The notes under the pieces are model-generated. The model was not told the DNA's origin and did not search any database. It saw nothing but the letters and a program-made list of their open reading frames with translations. A stretch of 64,000 nucleotides of DNA from Chthoniobacterales bacterium. GTDB lineage: Bacteria; Verrucomicrobiota; Verrucomicrobiia; Chthoniobacterales; UBA6821. The translations under genes and the position numbers were made by a program. Each line of letters opens with the position of its first letter. The first letter of the stretch is position 1. The stretch spans positions 3,179 through 67,178 of the forward strand of contig JAIEQL010000040.1 in NCBI GenBank assembly GCA_019747735.1. Reading direction: 5' to 3'. Below, piece by piece: positions 8,167 through 18,135 of the stretch.

Positions 8167-9419
8167 TCTTTGTAATGAAACAATTGTTTTGAACTAATGG
8201 TCAACAAGGCGACAAGAGCCAGCAGCGCAAAGAAGCAGATATAAAGCGCAGGGACCCAGACTAAACCAGTGACTTTTACTAGCCATGTTAAGATCATTTG
8301 AGTCAATCCTGTGATAAGGCCAAGGCTGAGATTCCAGGCAATGGCGGCTCCTGTAAAGCGCACTCCCACGGGAAAAAAAGAGGCTACAAAGACGGGGAAA
8401 CGCCCGCAATTGATGCCAATGACAAATAAAATGAGACTGTGAAAAAAGAAAATTTGAGAGAGGCTTAACCTGCCGTAATTCCAGAAAAGAAGAAGGCTTG
8501 CGACGCTTAATCCTATGCAGAGAAAAAAGAAAAATTTCTTCCCAAACAGATAGTGCCATCTGCCTGCGATCAAAGAACCAGCTGAAAAAATGAGAATGCT
8601 ATAAGAATTGAAGGCCATGAGCCGCTCCAACGGCAGGTGATAAAAAAAGGAAAGATAGTTGGGAATGTAATAGGTAAAAAGCGCTATGGCACTTGCCAAG
8701 AAGGCTCCCAGCCCAATGAGTTGAAAAAGTGCTTTTCTGTGTTTTTTAAAAAGCAGTTGTAGAGGTACTGTTTCTTTCTGAAGCAAGAGTTTGTATTCTA
8801 GAAAAGCAGGAGTTTCGACCAAGGTGCGACGCAACGCATAACTGATGATTCCAAAAAGGCCTCCCAGCCCAAAAGCAATCCGCCAACTCTCTGCATATTG
8901 CCAGTGGAATTTTAAGAGCAGTGTGCAGATGAGCGAAGAGGAAAATAGGCCCAAATTAGTTCCCATAACAACAAGGGCGACGTTGAAAGCTCTACGTTTG
9001 GGACTTGATAATTCATATCCAAAAACAACCGATCCTGGCAACTCACCTCCTATAGCGAAGCTTTGAAGGATCCGTAGGGTAATCAATAGGATGGTGGCCC
9101 AAATACCAATGGATTGGGCGCTAGGAATCAGGGCGATCAAAAAAGTAGGAACGGCCATCAGTAAGATGGTGTAGACAAATGTATATTTTCTTCCACGAGT
9201 GTCTCCCAGATGAGCAAAGAGAATGCCTCCCAATGGACGACAGAAGGATCCTGCTGCAAAAATGGCATAGCTTAACAACAGGTTGAGCCATTCGTTTTTG
9301 GCAGGAATCAATGCTTTTCCCAACATTGGGGCTAAGTAGATAAAAATCCCAAAGTCGTAATACTCGAGAATCGAGCCAAGGCTGATGAGGAAGAGGAGGC
9401 GTTTGCTATCGAGTTTCAT
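8163..9419 (-). CDS. MFS transporter
   Basis: 418 aa, about 12 hydrophobic segments, and a GDTRGRK motif in the loop after TM2. Confidence 0.8.
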   Translation of the reverse strand: MKLDSKRLLFLISLGSILEYYDFGIFIYLAPMLGKALIPAKNEWLNLLLSYAIFAAGSFCRPLGGILFAHLGDTRGRKYTFVYTILLMAVPTFLIALIPSAQSIGIWATILLITLRILQSFAIGGELPGSVVFGYELSSPKRRAFNVALVVMGTNLGLFSSSLICTLLLKFHWQYAESWRIAFGLGGLFGIISYALRRTLVETPAFLEYKLLLQKETVPLQLLFKKHRKALFQLIGLGAFLASAIALFTYYIPNYLSFFYHLPLERLMAFNSYSILIFSAGSLIAGRWHYLFGKKFFFFLCIGLSVASLLLFWNYGRLSLSQIFFFHSLILFVIGINCGRFPVFVASFFPVGVRFTGAAIAWNLSLGLITGLTQMILTWLVKVTGLVWVPALYICFFALLALVALLTISSKQLFHYKD

Positions 9420-9440
9420 TTAGAGTGGATTAAAGCTAAA

Positions 9441-9592
9441 AACGTGAATGAAAATAAAAAATTTTACGCAATATAATCTGGTTTAAACTGTTCGTTCTCA
9501 TGCCTCACTAACCGTGCAGGTTAGCCACGGCCTTATAACAACCAGTTTTAAATCAGCCTTCTTACGCAAACTTTCTCATTTTCATTCACGTT
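9441..9592. mobile_element. MITE-like nested palindrome, family C copy 1 (TIR AACGTGAATGAAAAT)
   Basis: Left end aacgtgaatgaaaat matches right end attttcattcacgtt. Inner inverted repeats are ctggtttaaactg/ccagttttaaatcag. The TIR is shared with 36012..36203. Confidence 0.7.
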
Positions 9593-9602
9593 ATAACTTT
9601 AT

Positions 9603-10070
9603 TTAACGTGGTCTAGTTCTTGGGAGTATGTGGAAGCCTTCTTTTTTGGCGAGGGCTGCTTGCTTTTGATCAAAGCTAATGAAGGTCTTAATTTTTAGGT
9701 GAAGTGCCGTAGCAATGTGGAGCATATCCATCGTGCGATGTCCCTGAGTGAAGGTATGCTTAGCGCTGAGCCGTTCTGCAAGGCTGTGCACATCGACCCA
9801 ATTGACAATAGGAATGACAAAAGTGCCATTAGCGAAATTTTCATCGAATAATGCCAGCATGGTATCTGCCACCCTTTTTGAAAATACTTGCGAACGATCG
9901 CTCGCGAATCGGAATGCTTGGAGGCGCACTGATTGGCGAAATTCAAAGACTACAAGGGAAGAGAGGTGGATAGAATTGTTGGCAGAAGTAATGAAAGATT
10001 CTGCTAGTTTGTTATTGTCCTGTTCTCGATAAAGAGCACACAAGAAAGAGGTGTCGGCAAAAAAACTCAT
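9603..10070 (-). CDS. vapC: PIN-domain toxin (VapC family)
   Basis: Start MSFFADTSFLCALY. The other acidic PIN positions are FEFRQS, TMDMLHIATA and SFDQKQ. The ATG overlaps the antitoxin stop (TAATG). Confidence 0.7.
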   Translation of the reverse strand: MSFFADTSFLCALYREQDNNKLAESFITSANNSIHLSSLVVFEFRQSVRLQAFRFASDRSQVFSKRVADTMLALFDENFANGTFVIPIVNWVDVHSLAERLSAKHTFTQGHRTMDMLHIATALHLKIKTFISFDQKQAALAKKEGFHILPRTRPR

Positions 10071-10366
10071 TACTCTTCTCCTAATTCCCAAGCTCTCATT
10101 TCTTCCACTTCTTTCATCGTAAAAGGTCGGCGGTTACCCCATATTTTTTTGCGTTGCGCGGCAAAATCAGGCATCTTAAATGGCTTCTTTTTTGTAGCAG
10201 GGGGAGGGGTAAGCTGAGCAAAAATAACTCCATGGCGCGTGATGTTAACGGGTTGTCCATTCTCAATCCAAGCGGAGACACGGCGAAAATTATTTCTTAA
10301 ATCAGCTACTGTGGCAGTTTCAATCGGTGCTTCTTGTTCTTTTATCATGATAGGGAAATCTATCAT
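10070..10366 (-). CDS. Phd/YefM-type antitoxin
   Basis: ATVADLRNNFRRVSAWIENGQPVNITRHGVIFAQL fits the Phd/YefM N-terminal fold pattern. It sits immediately upstream of the PIN gene. Confidence 0.6.
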   Translation of the reverse strand: MIDFPIMIKEQEAPIETATVADLRNNFRRVSAWIENGQPVNITRHGVIFAQLTPPPATKKKPFKMPDFAAQRKKIWGNRRPFTMKEVEEMRAWELGEE

Positions 10367-10409
10367 AATGCCAATTCCTTAACAAGTTGAAAAAAGAGAA
10401 TGAGATTTT

Positions 10410-10854
10410 CTAATTAAAATGAGTTGGCAACTTTGGATGAAGATGCTGCTCATAAGCGCGTAAAAGGTCTTCTTTGTGAGTGCGATTAAAGTCAAGGGGT
10501 GGAAGGTCGTGGATAGGATGGAAGGCAATCTCACTTATTTCAATATTGGGTTTTGGAGTTCCATCAATAAGGTGGCAGAGAAGAAAGGCCTTATAGATGG
10601 TAAAAAGCTGTTTGGGATAATTCGCTTTTTCCATCTCTATAATTGAAACAAGTGATTGGGCTCGTACAGAGTAACCTGTCTCCTCAAGAAATTCTCGTTC
10701 TACATTTTCACGAGGAGTCATGTTGATATCAGCCCAGCCGCCAGGCAGCGTCCAGTTTTGAGAAGAGCGTTCTTTTACCAGGAGTACCCTATCTTTTTGA
10801 AAAAGAGCGCGGCGAACATCGATTTTTGGAGTTGTGTAACCCTGTTCTTCAGGC
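10410..10854 (-). pseudogene. Nudix hydrolase (ADP-ribose pyrophosphatase-like), N-terminally truncated with in-frame TAG
   Basis: Nudix box is GGWADINMTPRENVEREFLEETGY. The frame is open upstream only to a TAG at 10855..10857. There is no start codon before Met (10721), which lies inside the Nudix box. Confidence 0.55.
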
Positions 10855-10934
10855 TATTGGAAGTCAGCATGGCTTGGATCGTGGAGAAGCTCACTTTTTT
10901 TCGAAACCGGCACTGAATTGGTTTTATTAACACT

Positions 10935-12491
10935 TCACTGTTGATCCTGGCACAGGCTCTTCTTAATGATCTCGGCGAGTTTGAAGCCAATCCCTTTAGC
11001 CGCAGCAATTTCTTCTAAGCTGCTCTGGCGGAGGCGGCGGACGCTTCCAAATGTTTTTAATAAAAATTTTTTCTTGGCGCTACTGATGCCGGGAACATCA
11101 TCGAGAGCGCTTTCTGAGATGCGTCGACGCAAGAGGAGTTCGTGATAACCATTGGCAATGCGGTGGGCTTCATCGCGGATGCGTTGGAGTAGACGTAAGG
11201 CTCCTGTGTTCTTATGAAGCCTGATGGGAGCAGCTTCTCCTGGGCGGTAGATTTCTTCAAACTCCTTGGCTAGTCCAATAATGGGAATACCGCTCAAACT
11301 TAAAATCTGAAGCTCGCGGCATGCACAACTCAATTGGCCTTTTCCTCCATCGACAATGATCAAGTCGGGAAGGGGACTTCGTTTTCCTAAAGCCGAATAG
11401 CAACGATGTAGAAATTCAGGAATAGACTCTTGAGAGCCCTCATTGGTTTGGTCGATCTTTTCTTGTGCCTCAGTGAGGATACGCCGATAGCGACGACGCA
11501 CGACTTCAGCCATGCTTGTGAAGTCATCTTGAGTCTTTGTTGTCGTGATGCGATAGCGGCGATAATTTTTTTTCTCAGGGAGTCCATTGCGAAATTGCAC
11601 CATCGAAGCAACGATGTGCGTGTTGGAAATATTGGAAATATCAAAACATTCCATGACTCGTGGTTCTCTGGGGAGTTGCAAGAGCTGCTGCAACTCGATC
11701 AGATCCGCTTGGGGATCAATGCTGTTAGGGAGCGATTTGCGGGTAAAGCGGCGAGTGGGTTCTGTGGTGGCTTGCAAGCTTGTGAGAAGATTGCGTAGGG
11801 AGGCCGCTTTTTCAAAATCGAGACGCTCGGCAGCGCGTTGCATCTCTTGTTCGACTTCCTCAAGCATTGCTCGTGATTTTCCTTCAAGAAAATCACAAGC
11901 TGCCACAATGCGTTGACGATATTCTTCTCGGGTGACTCGATGTATGCAAGGAGCTGAGCAGTTTTGAATGATATGATCGAGGCAATGCTTAAAATCTTTT
12001 TCGGTTGGCTCAAGGGGAGTGCAAGAGCGAATACCAAATTTTTTGATCATTGCTCTGAGCGTTTGACGTAATGCTGGAGCATTAGGGAAGGGCCCAAAAT
12101 AACGAGCACCATCTTCTTTGCGTAAACGAGTCAGTTGAAACCGAGGATAAGGCTCGTTGAGTTGAGTGCGTACCAGCAAGAAGCGCTTGTCATCGCGAAA
12201 ACTGATATTGTATTTGGGGCGCCATTCTTTGATCAGTTTGCCTTCATACAAAATGGCTTCAGCATCACTTTTAACCAGGTGATATTCAAAATCGTGAATG
12301 CTTTCGATAAGCGCTTTGGTTTTGAGATCGGCTCGCGTAAGGCGGGAAGGTGTAAAATAGTTAGCCAATCGTTTGCGTAAATCGCCTGCCTTCCCCACAT
12401 AGATAATCCGATGAAAGCGATCGCGCATGATATAGACACCGGGCTGATGGGGGACGGTACGCAGCTTTGCTACTAGATTAATTTTAAGCAT
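10935..12491 (-). CDS. uvrC: Excinuclease ABC subunit C
   Basis: GIY-YIG N-terminus (GVYIMRD...IIYVGKA), UVR motif (EKAASLRN), C-terminal endonuclease and HhH regions. Confidence 0.9.
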   Translation of the reverse strand: MLKINLVAKLRTVPHQPGVYIMRDRFHRIIYVGKAGDLRKRLANYFTPSRLTRADLKTKALIESIHDFEYHLVKSDAEAILYEGKLIKEWRPKYNISFRDDKRFLLVRTQLNEPYPRFQLTRLRKEDGARYFGPFPNAPALRQTLRAMIKKFGIRSCTPLEPTEKDFKHCLDHIIQNCSAPCIHRVTREEYRQRIVAACDFLEGKSRAMLEEVEQEMQRAAERLDFEKAASLRNLLTSLQATTEPTRRFTRKSLPNSIDPQADLIELQQLLQLPREPRVMECFDISNISNTHIVASMVQFRNGLPEKKNYRRYRITTTKTQDDFTSMAEVVRRRYRRILTEAQEKIDQTNEGSQESIPEFLHRCYSALGKRSPLPDLIIVDGGKGQLSCACRELQILSLSGIPIIGLAKEFEEIYRPGEAAPIRLHKNTGALRLLQRIRDEAHRIANGYHELLLRRRISESALDDVPGISSAKKKFLLKTFGSVRRLRQSSLEEIAAAKGIGFKLAEIIKKSLCQDQQ

Positions 12492-12852
12492 GAGGAGAAA
12501 AGATTATAGGGATGGAAGCAGTAGAAAGAAAAAATAAAGTAATGGGTAATGAGTGCTTTTAGACTGAAAAAAATTAGGTTTCAGGAAATTTCATTTTTAC
12601 AGAACATATTTTCAAAACAAGCATCTCTAGAACAGCTTGAGCTGCGATTCATCACTGGCCAGCAGTTACTTTTTTTACTGCTTGGCAACATAACATTATA
12701 AAGCGCAAAGCGCCTTTTTGCACTTCAACTTCAACTTTCGTCGTTTCGCAAAGAAATTAACTTCCTTTTCAAAAAATCGCTCCAAAATCCCCTTAACTTA
12801 CTGCTTCGGGCTAGCCGTAACTTAAGGAAGGTGATAAAATCTTGGTCTTTTT

Positions 12853-14244
12853 ATGCCCAGTTTTTTTATTAAGACCTATGGTTGTCAGATGAACGAGCGT
12901 GACTCCGAGCAGGTCGCTCGTGATTTGATTGCTCGTGGTTATGAAATGGCTTCGCATGAAAAAGAGGCTGATGTCATTTTGCTCAATACTTGTAGTGTGC
13001 GTGAAATGGCCGAAAATAAGGCGATTGGCAAAATGGGGTTTTTGCGCAAGCTTCGTCGTAACAAACCGCAGCTTGTGCTCGGGCTTTTAGGGTGTATGGC
13101 CCAGCGCTTGGGAGAAACACTCACCAAAAAAACACCTTATGTTGACTTAATCGTAGGGACTCAAAAATTTCACCGTGTTGCCGACTATGTTGAGGAAGCG
13201 CTGCAGCGTAGGAAACAAGAGGAAGAAGAGTATGACGAATTTCATCAGCTGACAGCTTCTTTTCATGCGCCCATTGTCGATGTAGGAGCCGAAGAAGATT
13301 CGCAAAACACTATTCGTGAACATCTCACTACGCCCCAGCAAGCGACGGCGTTTATTTCCATCATGCAGGGATGCAACATGCACTGTACATTTTGCATTGT
13401 TCCCACGACACGAGGTCCTGAGCGAGGACGTCCGATTCAGGATATTGTCCAAGAAGCCAGAGCACTCGTTGCTCAAGGCATTAAGGAGGTGACCCTTCTT
13501 GGCCAAATTGTCAATCTCTATGGGCGTCATGAAATACCGCGCCGTGATGCAAAAAGTCCTTTTGTGCAGCTTCTCGAAGCATTGCATGAAGTCGAGGGAC
13601 TTGAACGTATTCGATTTACCTCTCCTCATCCTATGGGTTTTCGACGTGATCTCATTGATTGTATTGGACGACTTCCAAAAGTCATGGAGCATATTCATCT
13701 TCCGCTACAATCAGGTTCTGATCGCATCTTGCGCCAAATGCATCGTCCTTACACAACAGCTGCTTATCGCAAGCTGGTTGCAGAGCTGCGTGGGGCACGT
13801 CCTGGTATTGCGATCACTACTGACATTATCGTTGGTTTTCCTGGCGAAACCGAAGAGGACTATCTCGCCAGCCGTACTCTTGCTCAAGAACTCGAATTTG
13901 ATGGGGCCTTTATTTTTCGTTATTCTCAACGAGGTGACACTCCTGCTGCTACCATGGAAGGTCAGCTTCCTGAAGAGATAAAAGAATTTCGCAACAAAGA
14001 TCTTTTGGAAGTAGTTAATGCCTCTGCCTCCCAAAAATTAAACGCCTGTGTCGGAACCCTTCAGGAAGTTCTTTGTGAAGGCCCAAGCCGTCATGATGCT
14101 TCCCAGCTGGCAGGACGCACCCGCACCAATAAGATTGTTATTTTTGAAGGGGGATCTCGTTTTCACCGTGAAATTTTTCATCTTCGTATTACGAGAGCCT
14201 CTTCATCGACGCTTTATGGCACTCCTGCGTTGATTGAGGAATAA
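12853..14244 (+). CDS. miaB: tRNA-2-methylthio-N6-dimethylallyladenosine synthase
   Basis: UPF0004 N-terminus (FIKTYGCQMN), radical-SAM CNMHCTFC and a TRAM C-terminus. Confidence 0.9.
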   Translation: MPSFFIKTYGCQMNERDSEQVARDLIARGYEMASHEKEADVILLNTCSVREMAENKAIGKMGFLRKLRRNKPQLVLGLLGCMAQRLGETLTKKTPYVDLIVGTQKFHRVADYVEEALQRRKQEEEEYDEFHQLTASFHAPIVDVGAEEDSQNTIREHLTTPQQATAFISIMQGCNMHCTFCIVPTTRGPERGRPIQDIVQEARALVAQGIKEVTLLGQIVNLYGRHEIPRRDAKSPFVQLLEALHEVEGLERIRFTSPHPMGFRRDLIDCIGRLPKVMEHIHLPLQSGSDRILRQMHRPYTTAAYRKLVAELRGARPGIAITTDIIVGFPGETEEDYLASRTLAQELEFDGAFIFRYSQRGDTPAATMEGQLPEEIKEFRNKDLLEVVNASASQKLNACVGTLQEVLCEGPSRHDASQLAGRTRTNKIVIFEGGSRFHREIFHLRITRASSSTLYGTPALIEE

Positions 14245-14254
14245 ACAGCTTCTG

Positions 14255-15214
14255 ATGAGTGTTTTTTTTCATCATTTCTTTGCTGTGAGAAAAATAGACA
14301 AGCAAGCAAGAAGTAGAGTGTTCTCTTTCTTGTTGTCCTTATCTATCCATCTGCTTTTTGTTTTGCTCCTCTGTGTCGGTATCCTTCCTTTTGCTTCACG
14401 CTCTCTTGAGCCTGTGCCTAACAAAGAAAGTTCTCCTCCTCCTGAAGTTATTTTTGACCTTTCTCCCTCGACCACAATGGTGCCGACTACCGTCAGGACA
14501 GATTCTGAGCATCCATTAGAGAAGCCTCCAGAGCATCCTGCTTTTGAATCTCACGAAAACACCGAGGCCTCCAGTGAGCTTCCTGCTACCGGTTCGCTGC
14601 CTCTTCCCACACAAGAAGGAGTTGAGAGTGAGGGAGTCGAACTAAAAACATCAGAAACTCTTGGAAGAAAAACACCCGACTCCACAGTAACTGCCGAAGC
14701 AGCTCCCACTACCACACCAACTCCTTCCCCTACTGGATCAACGTCAGTAGATGCTCCCGCGGTAACGCCGATGGCTACCGCTTCCTCAGATCGCCCAGTG
14801 ATGGGTATACTTTCTTCTTCGGCCAAAACTCAGAGCGAATCCTCGGGGGCGCATCCCTCGATGATTCATGGAGCTATTTCTAATAAAGGAAAATCTTCTG
14901 TCACTGCTGAAGCGACACCGTTAGGGCGCTATAAAAAAAATTTGGCAGATGCCATCAGCTCGCATTGGTACTACGCAATTGATCAGCGAATGGAGCTGCT
15001 CAGCTTTGGAACGGCAACAGTTATTTTTTATGTCACTCAAAATGGAAAGGTAGAAGAACTCCGTATTATTTCTAATAGCTCCAATCAGACTTTTGCCGAC
15101 TGTTGTATTGAGTCCATTACAGGAGCCAAGCTTCCTAGCATTCCTCCAGAAATAGCCCAAACACTTGATCGTGGGCGGTTGGAGATAGAGTATCGATTTA
15201 CGATTTATCCGTAG
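14255..15214 (+). CDS. Membrane-anchored Pro/Thr/Ser-rich protein with possible TonB-like C-terminal domain
   Basis: N-terminal TM helix, a long low-complexity P/T/S/E linker and about 90 aa of C-terminal globular region. The start is moved to Met8 to clear the miaB stop. Confidence 0.4.
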   Translation: MSVFFHHFFAVRKIDKQARSRVFSFLLSLSIHLLFVLLLCVGILPFASRSLEPVPNKESSPPPEVIFDLSPSTTMVPTTVRTDSEHPLEKPPEHPAFESHENTEASSELPATGSLPLPTQEGVESEGVELKTSETLGRKTPDSTVTAEAAPTTTPTPSPTGSTSVDAPAVTPMATASSDRPVMGILSSSAKTQSESSGAHPSMIHGAISNKGKSSVTAEATPLGRYKKNLADAISSHWYYAIDQRMELLSFGTATVIFYVTQNGKVEELRIISNSSNQTFADCCIESITGAKLPSIPPEIAQTLDRGRLEIEYRFTIYP

Positions 15215-15289
15215 AGCATGTCCCAAAAGGCCTAAAATCTCGCACTGCAGCGTCGCCGTAATGCGCAATTTTAGTCTTTTCAAGACACC
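15212..15289 (+). repeat. MITE family A-related fragment (TA|GAGCAT end joined to the ...cgccgtaatgcgcaattttagtcttttcaagacacc module)
   Basis: It shares the GAGCATG terminus with family A. Its 3' 45 nt match 38590..38633. The TA of the upstream gene's TAG stop (15212..15214) is the junction. Confidence 0.65.
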
Positions 15290-15350
15290 TTCTTAAGAAC
15301 ACCTTGCTGAATAGTCGCTAGTTTCTTATCTTTGGCAGCAATCATTTTGT

Positions 15351-16202
15351 ATGCAAATTTACATCGACGGAAAATTTTTTTCTAAGGAAGAAGCAACCAT
15401 CTCCGTTTTTGATCATGGGCTTCTCTACGGAGATGGGATTTTTGAAGGAATTCGTTTTTATGGGAGAAAGATTTTTTGCTTAGAGGCGCACATTAAGCGC
15501 CTCTATCACTCAGCAAAGGCATTGCAGCTGGGCATGCCTTTAGAGCCACAACAACTTCAAGAAACGATTTGCGAGTGTGTGAAGCGCAATGATCTTACTG
15601 ATGGATATATTCGTGTGATCGTAACACGTGGCAAAGGCTCTCTGGGATTGAGCCCCAAGAGTTGCCCTCAGGCTTCGCTTATTATTATTGTCGCAGAAAT
15701 TGCGCTTTACTCTCCAGAGGCTTATCAAAAAGGGCTTTCCATTATTACCTGTGCTACACGGCGGATGACTCATGGGGCTTTGAGCCCGCAAATTAAATCG
15801 CTCAATTATCTCAACAATATTATGGCCAAGCAGGAAACACTACGTGCTGGTGTTGAAGAGGGATTAATGCTCAATGAGCAAGGATTTGTTTCGGAGTGTA
15901 CCAGCGATAATATTTTTATTGTTCGTGAAGGCAAGGTGATTACTCCTTCGCTTGGTGCTGGTGCATTAGCAGGCATTACGCGTGCTGTTGTGATCGAGCT
16001 CGCACGTTCTCTGGAGCTAGTAGTGGAAGAGGCCTTGTTGACTTGTTACGATATTTACACCGCCCAAGAATGCTTTCTTACCGGCACTGCTGCTGAAATT
16101 ATTCCTGTTGTTAAACTGGATGAAAGGCTTATTGGAACTGGAGCTCCTGGACCTATCACTCAACGCTTGATCGAAACATTTAGAACTCTTGTAGCGGCGT
16201 AG
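15351..16202 (+). CDS. ilvE: Branched-chain amino acid aminotransferase (class IV)
   Basis: FDHGLLYGDGIFEGIR, the YIR...TRG pattern and a size of 283 aa are typical of short IlvE. Confidence 0.85.
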   Translation: MQIYIDGKFFSKEEATISVFDHGLLYGDGIFEGIRFYGRKIFCLEAHIKRLYHSAKALQLGMPLEPQQLQETICECVKRNDLTDGYIRVIVTRGKGSLGLSPKSCPQASLIIIVAEIALYSPEAYQKGLSIITCATRRMTHGALSPQIKSLNYLNNIMAKQETLRAGVEEGLMLNEQGFVSECTSDNIFIVREGKVITPSLGAGALAGITRAVVIELARSLELVVEEALLTCYDIYTAQECFLTGTAAEIIPVVKLDERLIGTGAPGPITQRLIETFRTLVAA

Positions 16203-16229
16203 TTCTAAAAGTTGAAGGTGTTTTTTTAA

Positions 16230-18014
16230 ATGGATGGGAATACACATAATCTAATGATAATTCCTTCTAAATCTCAGGTGGTTGCCGTTTTTGAAAAGAT
16301 AGCGCAATTGCTAGAATTGGAGGGAGAAAACCCTTTTAAAATCCGCGCTTATCTACGTGCCGCGCAAGCCCTGGAGGCCCTTTCTGAGCCGCTAGAAGAG
16401 CTTGTGAAGGAAGAGCGATTGGGTGAAGTTGATGGTATTGGTAAAGCCATTAAAGAAAAAATTACGGAACTCATGACTACAGGGCATTTGCCCTACTACG
16501 AAGAATTACGGAACCATTTTCCAGCAACGCTTTTTGAACTCTTCGAGCTGCAAGGATTGGGCGCCAAAAAAATTCGCATGCTTTACAAGGAGCTAAAGGT
16601 TGCTTCGATTGATGATCTTGAAAAGGCCTGCCAATCAGGCTCTGTTGCTCAACTAGCTGGTTTTGGTCCAAAATCAGCAGCTAACATCGAAAAAGCTATT
16701 GCCTTTTATCGCTGTCACACAGGGCTCTTTCGGCGTGATCAGGTGACGCTCTTAGCGGGAACTTTGTTGGATGATTTACGTGCTCATCCTCATGTGAGCG
16801 AGTGTCAGAGTGCAGGGAGTTTTCGTCGTGGCAAAGAAGCAATGGGCGATCTTGATCTTTTAGTTTCCTCGACAAAGCCAGAGGAGATAACACAATTTTT
16901 TATTCATCACCCACTTGTTGCTGAGATCCTCATGCAAGGCCCAACCAAATCGAGTGTGCGTTTAAAAAATGTAGACCGTCCTGATCAACAAGGCGGAATT
17001 CAATGCGATCTCCGTATTGTGCGTCCTGAAGAATTTCCTTTTGCACTCGTTTATTTTACTGGCAGCAAAGAACACAACATTCGCTTGCGCAGTCGTGCTC
17101 TTGAATATGGATGGTCTCTCAATGAATATGGTTTTACGCCACAAAGAGGAGCAGCCGCTGCACCCCTTATTCATGAGGAACGCGAGCTCTATCATGCTGT
17201 AGGATTGCAAGAGATTCCCCCCGAATTAAGAGAAGACCGTGGGGAAATTGCCGCTGCAGAAAAGGGACTCATTCCTCGTTTGATCGAGCTCGGCGATCTC
17301 AAGGGAACCTTTCATTGTCATACAACCGAGAGTGATGGGCAACATACGCTCCTGGAAATGGCTGCAGCTGCTCAGGAGTTAGGTTTATCCTATTTGGGTA
17401 TTGCCGATCATAGTAAGAGCTCTGTACAAGCCCATGGAATGAGCGAAGAGAGGTTGAGCAAGCAACTTCATGAAATTAAAAAACTTAATGAAAGCTTTGA
17501 AGACTTTCATCTTTTTGCCGGAGTGGAATGCGACATTCTAAAAGAGGGAACACTCGATTTTTCCAATGAGGTGCTTGCCTCGCTCGATTATGTGGTAGCC
17601 TCAGTCCACTCGTCTTTTACATTAGGAGAGGCTGCGATGACTAAGCGTCTCATCCGCGCTATGGAAAATCCCTATGTTACGATACTGGGTCATGTTACAG
17701 GACGTATTCTATTTTCACGAGAATCGTATCCTGTCAATGTTCCTGCGGTTCTCGATGCAGCAGCAGCCACAGGAACTATTATTGAACTTAATGCCTCTCC
17801 TTATCGACTTGATATGGACTGGCGTTGGTGGCTATTGGCGAAAGAAAAAGGAGTGCGCTGTGTCATTAACCCTGATGCTCACTCAACAGCAGGACTTCAT
17901 AATCTGCTTTTTGGAGTAACTATTGCCCGTAAAGGATGGCTCACAAAAAACGAGGTGATTAATACGCTTTCGGCTAAGGCTGTCCAAGAGGTACTAAAAA
18001 TGAAGAAAAAATAA
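16230..18014 (+). CDS. polX: Family X DNA polymerase with C-terminal PHP domain
   Basis: HhH motifs (GIGKAI, GFGPKSA), pol-beta nucleotidyltransferase motif GSFRRGKEAMGDLDLLV and a PHP domain (FHCHTTESDG...ADH). Confidence 0.85.
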   Translation: MDGNTHNLMIIPSKSQVVAVFEKIAQLLELEGENPFKIRAYLRAAQALEALSEPLEELVKEERLGEVDGIGKAIKEKITELMTTGHLPYYEELRNHFPATLFELFELQGLGAKKIRMLYKELKVASIDDLEKACQSGSVAQLAGFGPKSAANIEKAIAFYRCHTGLFRRDQVTLLAGTLLDDLRAHPHVSECQSAGSFRRGKEAMGDLDLLVSSTKPEEITQFFIHHPLVAEILMQGPTKSSVRLKNVDRPDQQGGIQCDLRIVRPEEFPFALVYFTGSKEHNIRLRSRALEYGWSLNEYGFTPQRGAAAAPLIHEERELYHAVGLQEIPPELREDRGEIAAAEKGLIPRLIELGDLKGTFHCHTTESDGQHTLLEMAAAAQELGLSYLGIADHSKSSVQAHGMSEERLSKQLHEIKKLNESFEDFHLFAGVECDILKEGTLDFSNEVLASLDYVVASVHSSFTLGEAAMTKRLIRAMENPYVTILGHVTGRILFSRESYPVNVPAVLDAAAATGTIIELNASPYRLDMDWRWWLLAKEKGVRCVINPDAHSTAGLHNLLFGVTIARKGWLTKNEVINTLSAKAVQEVLKMKKK

Positions 18015-18135
18015 TTTGGCTAGTCAAGAGTATATGAATTAATGCGTTGACCTTGCTCACACAATCTCACATAGAGACTATGAAGATAAAAAAGAGAGAG
18101 CAAGAGTGGGACAATTTTCGTCTTCATCGGCGCCT

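Noticed and set aside
12492-12852. Short tandem word arrays considered as a possible CRISPR or minisatellite locus (here and at other intergenic sites)
   Set aside because: The period is 6-9 nt with 3-6 degenerate units and no unique spacers of 25-40 nt. No cas genes are present, so this is not a CRISPR array.
13147-13698. Long antisense ORFs inside strongly supported genes (13147..13698 in miaB, 18364..18897 in GH1, 37120..38032 in the SUMF1 gene, 11430..11916 in uvrC)
   Set aside because: The opposite strand carries unmistakable conserved-domain proteins. The antisense ORFs have no motifs and are typical shadow ORFs.
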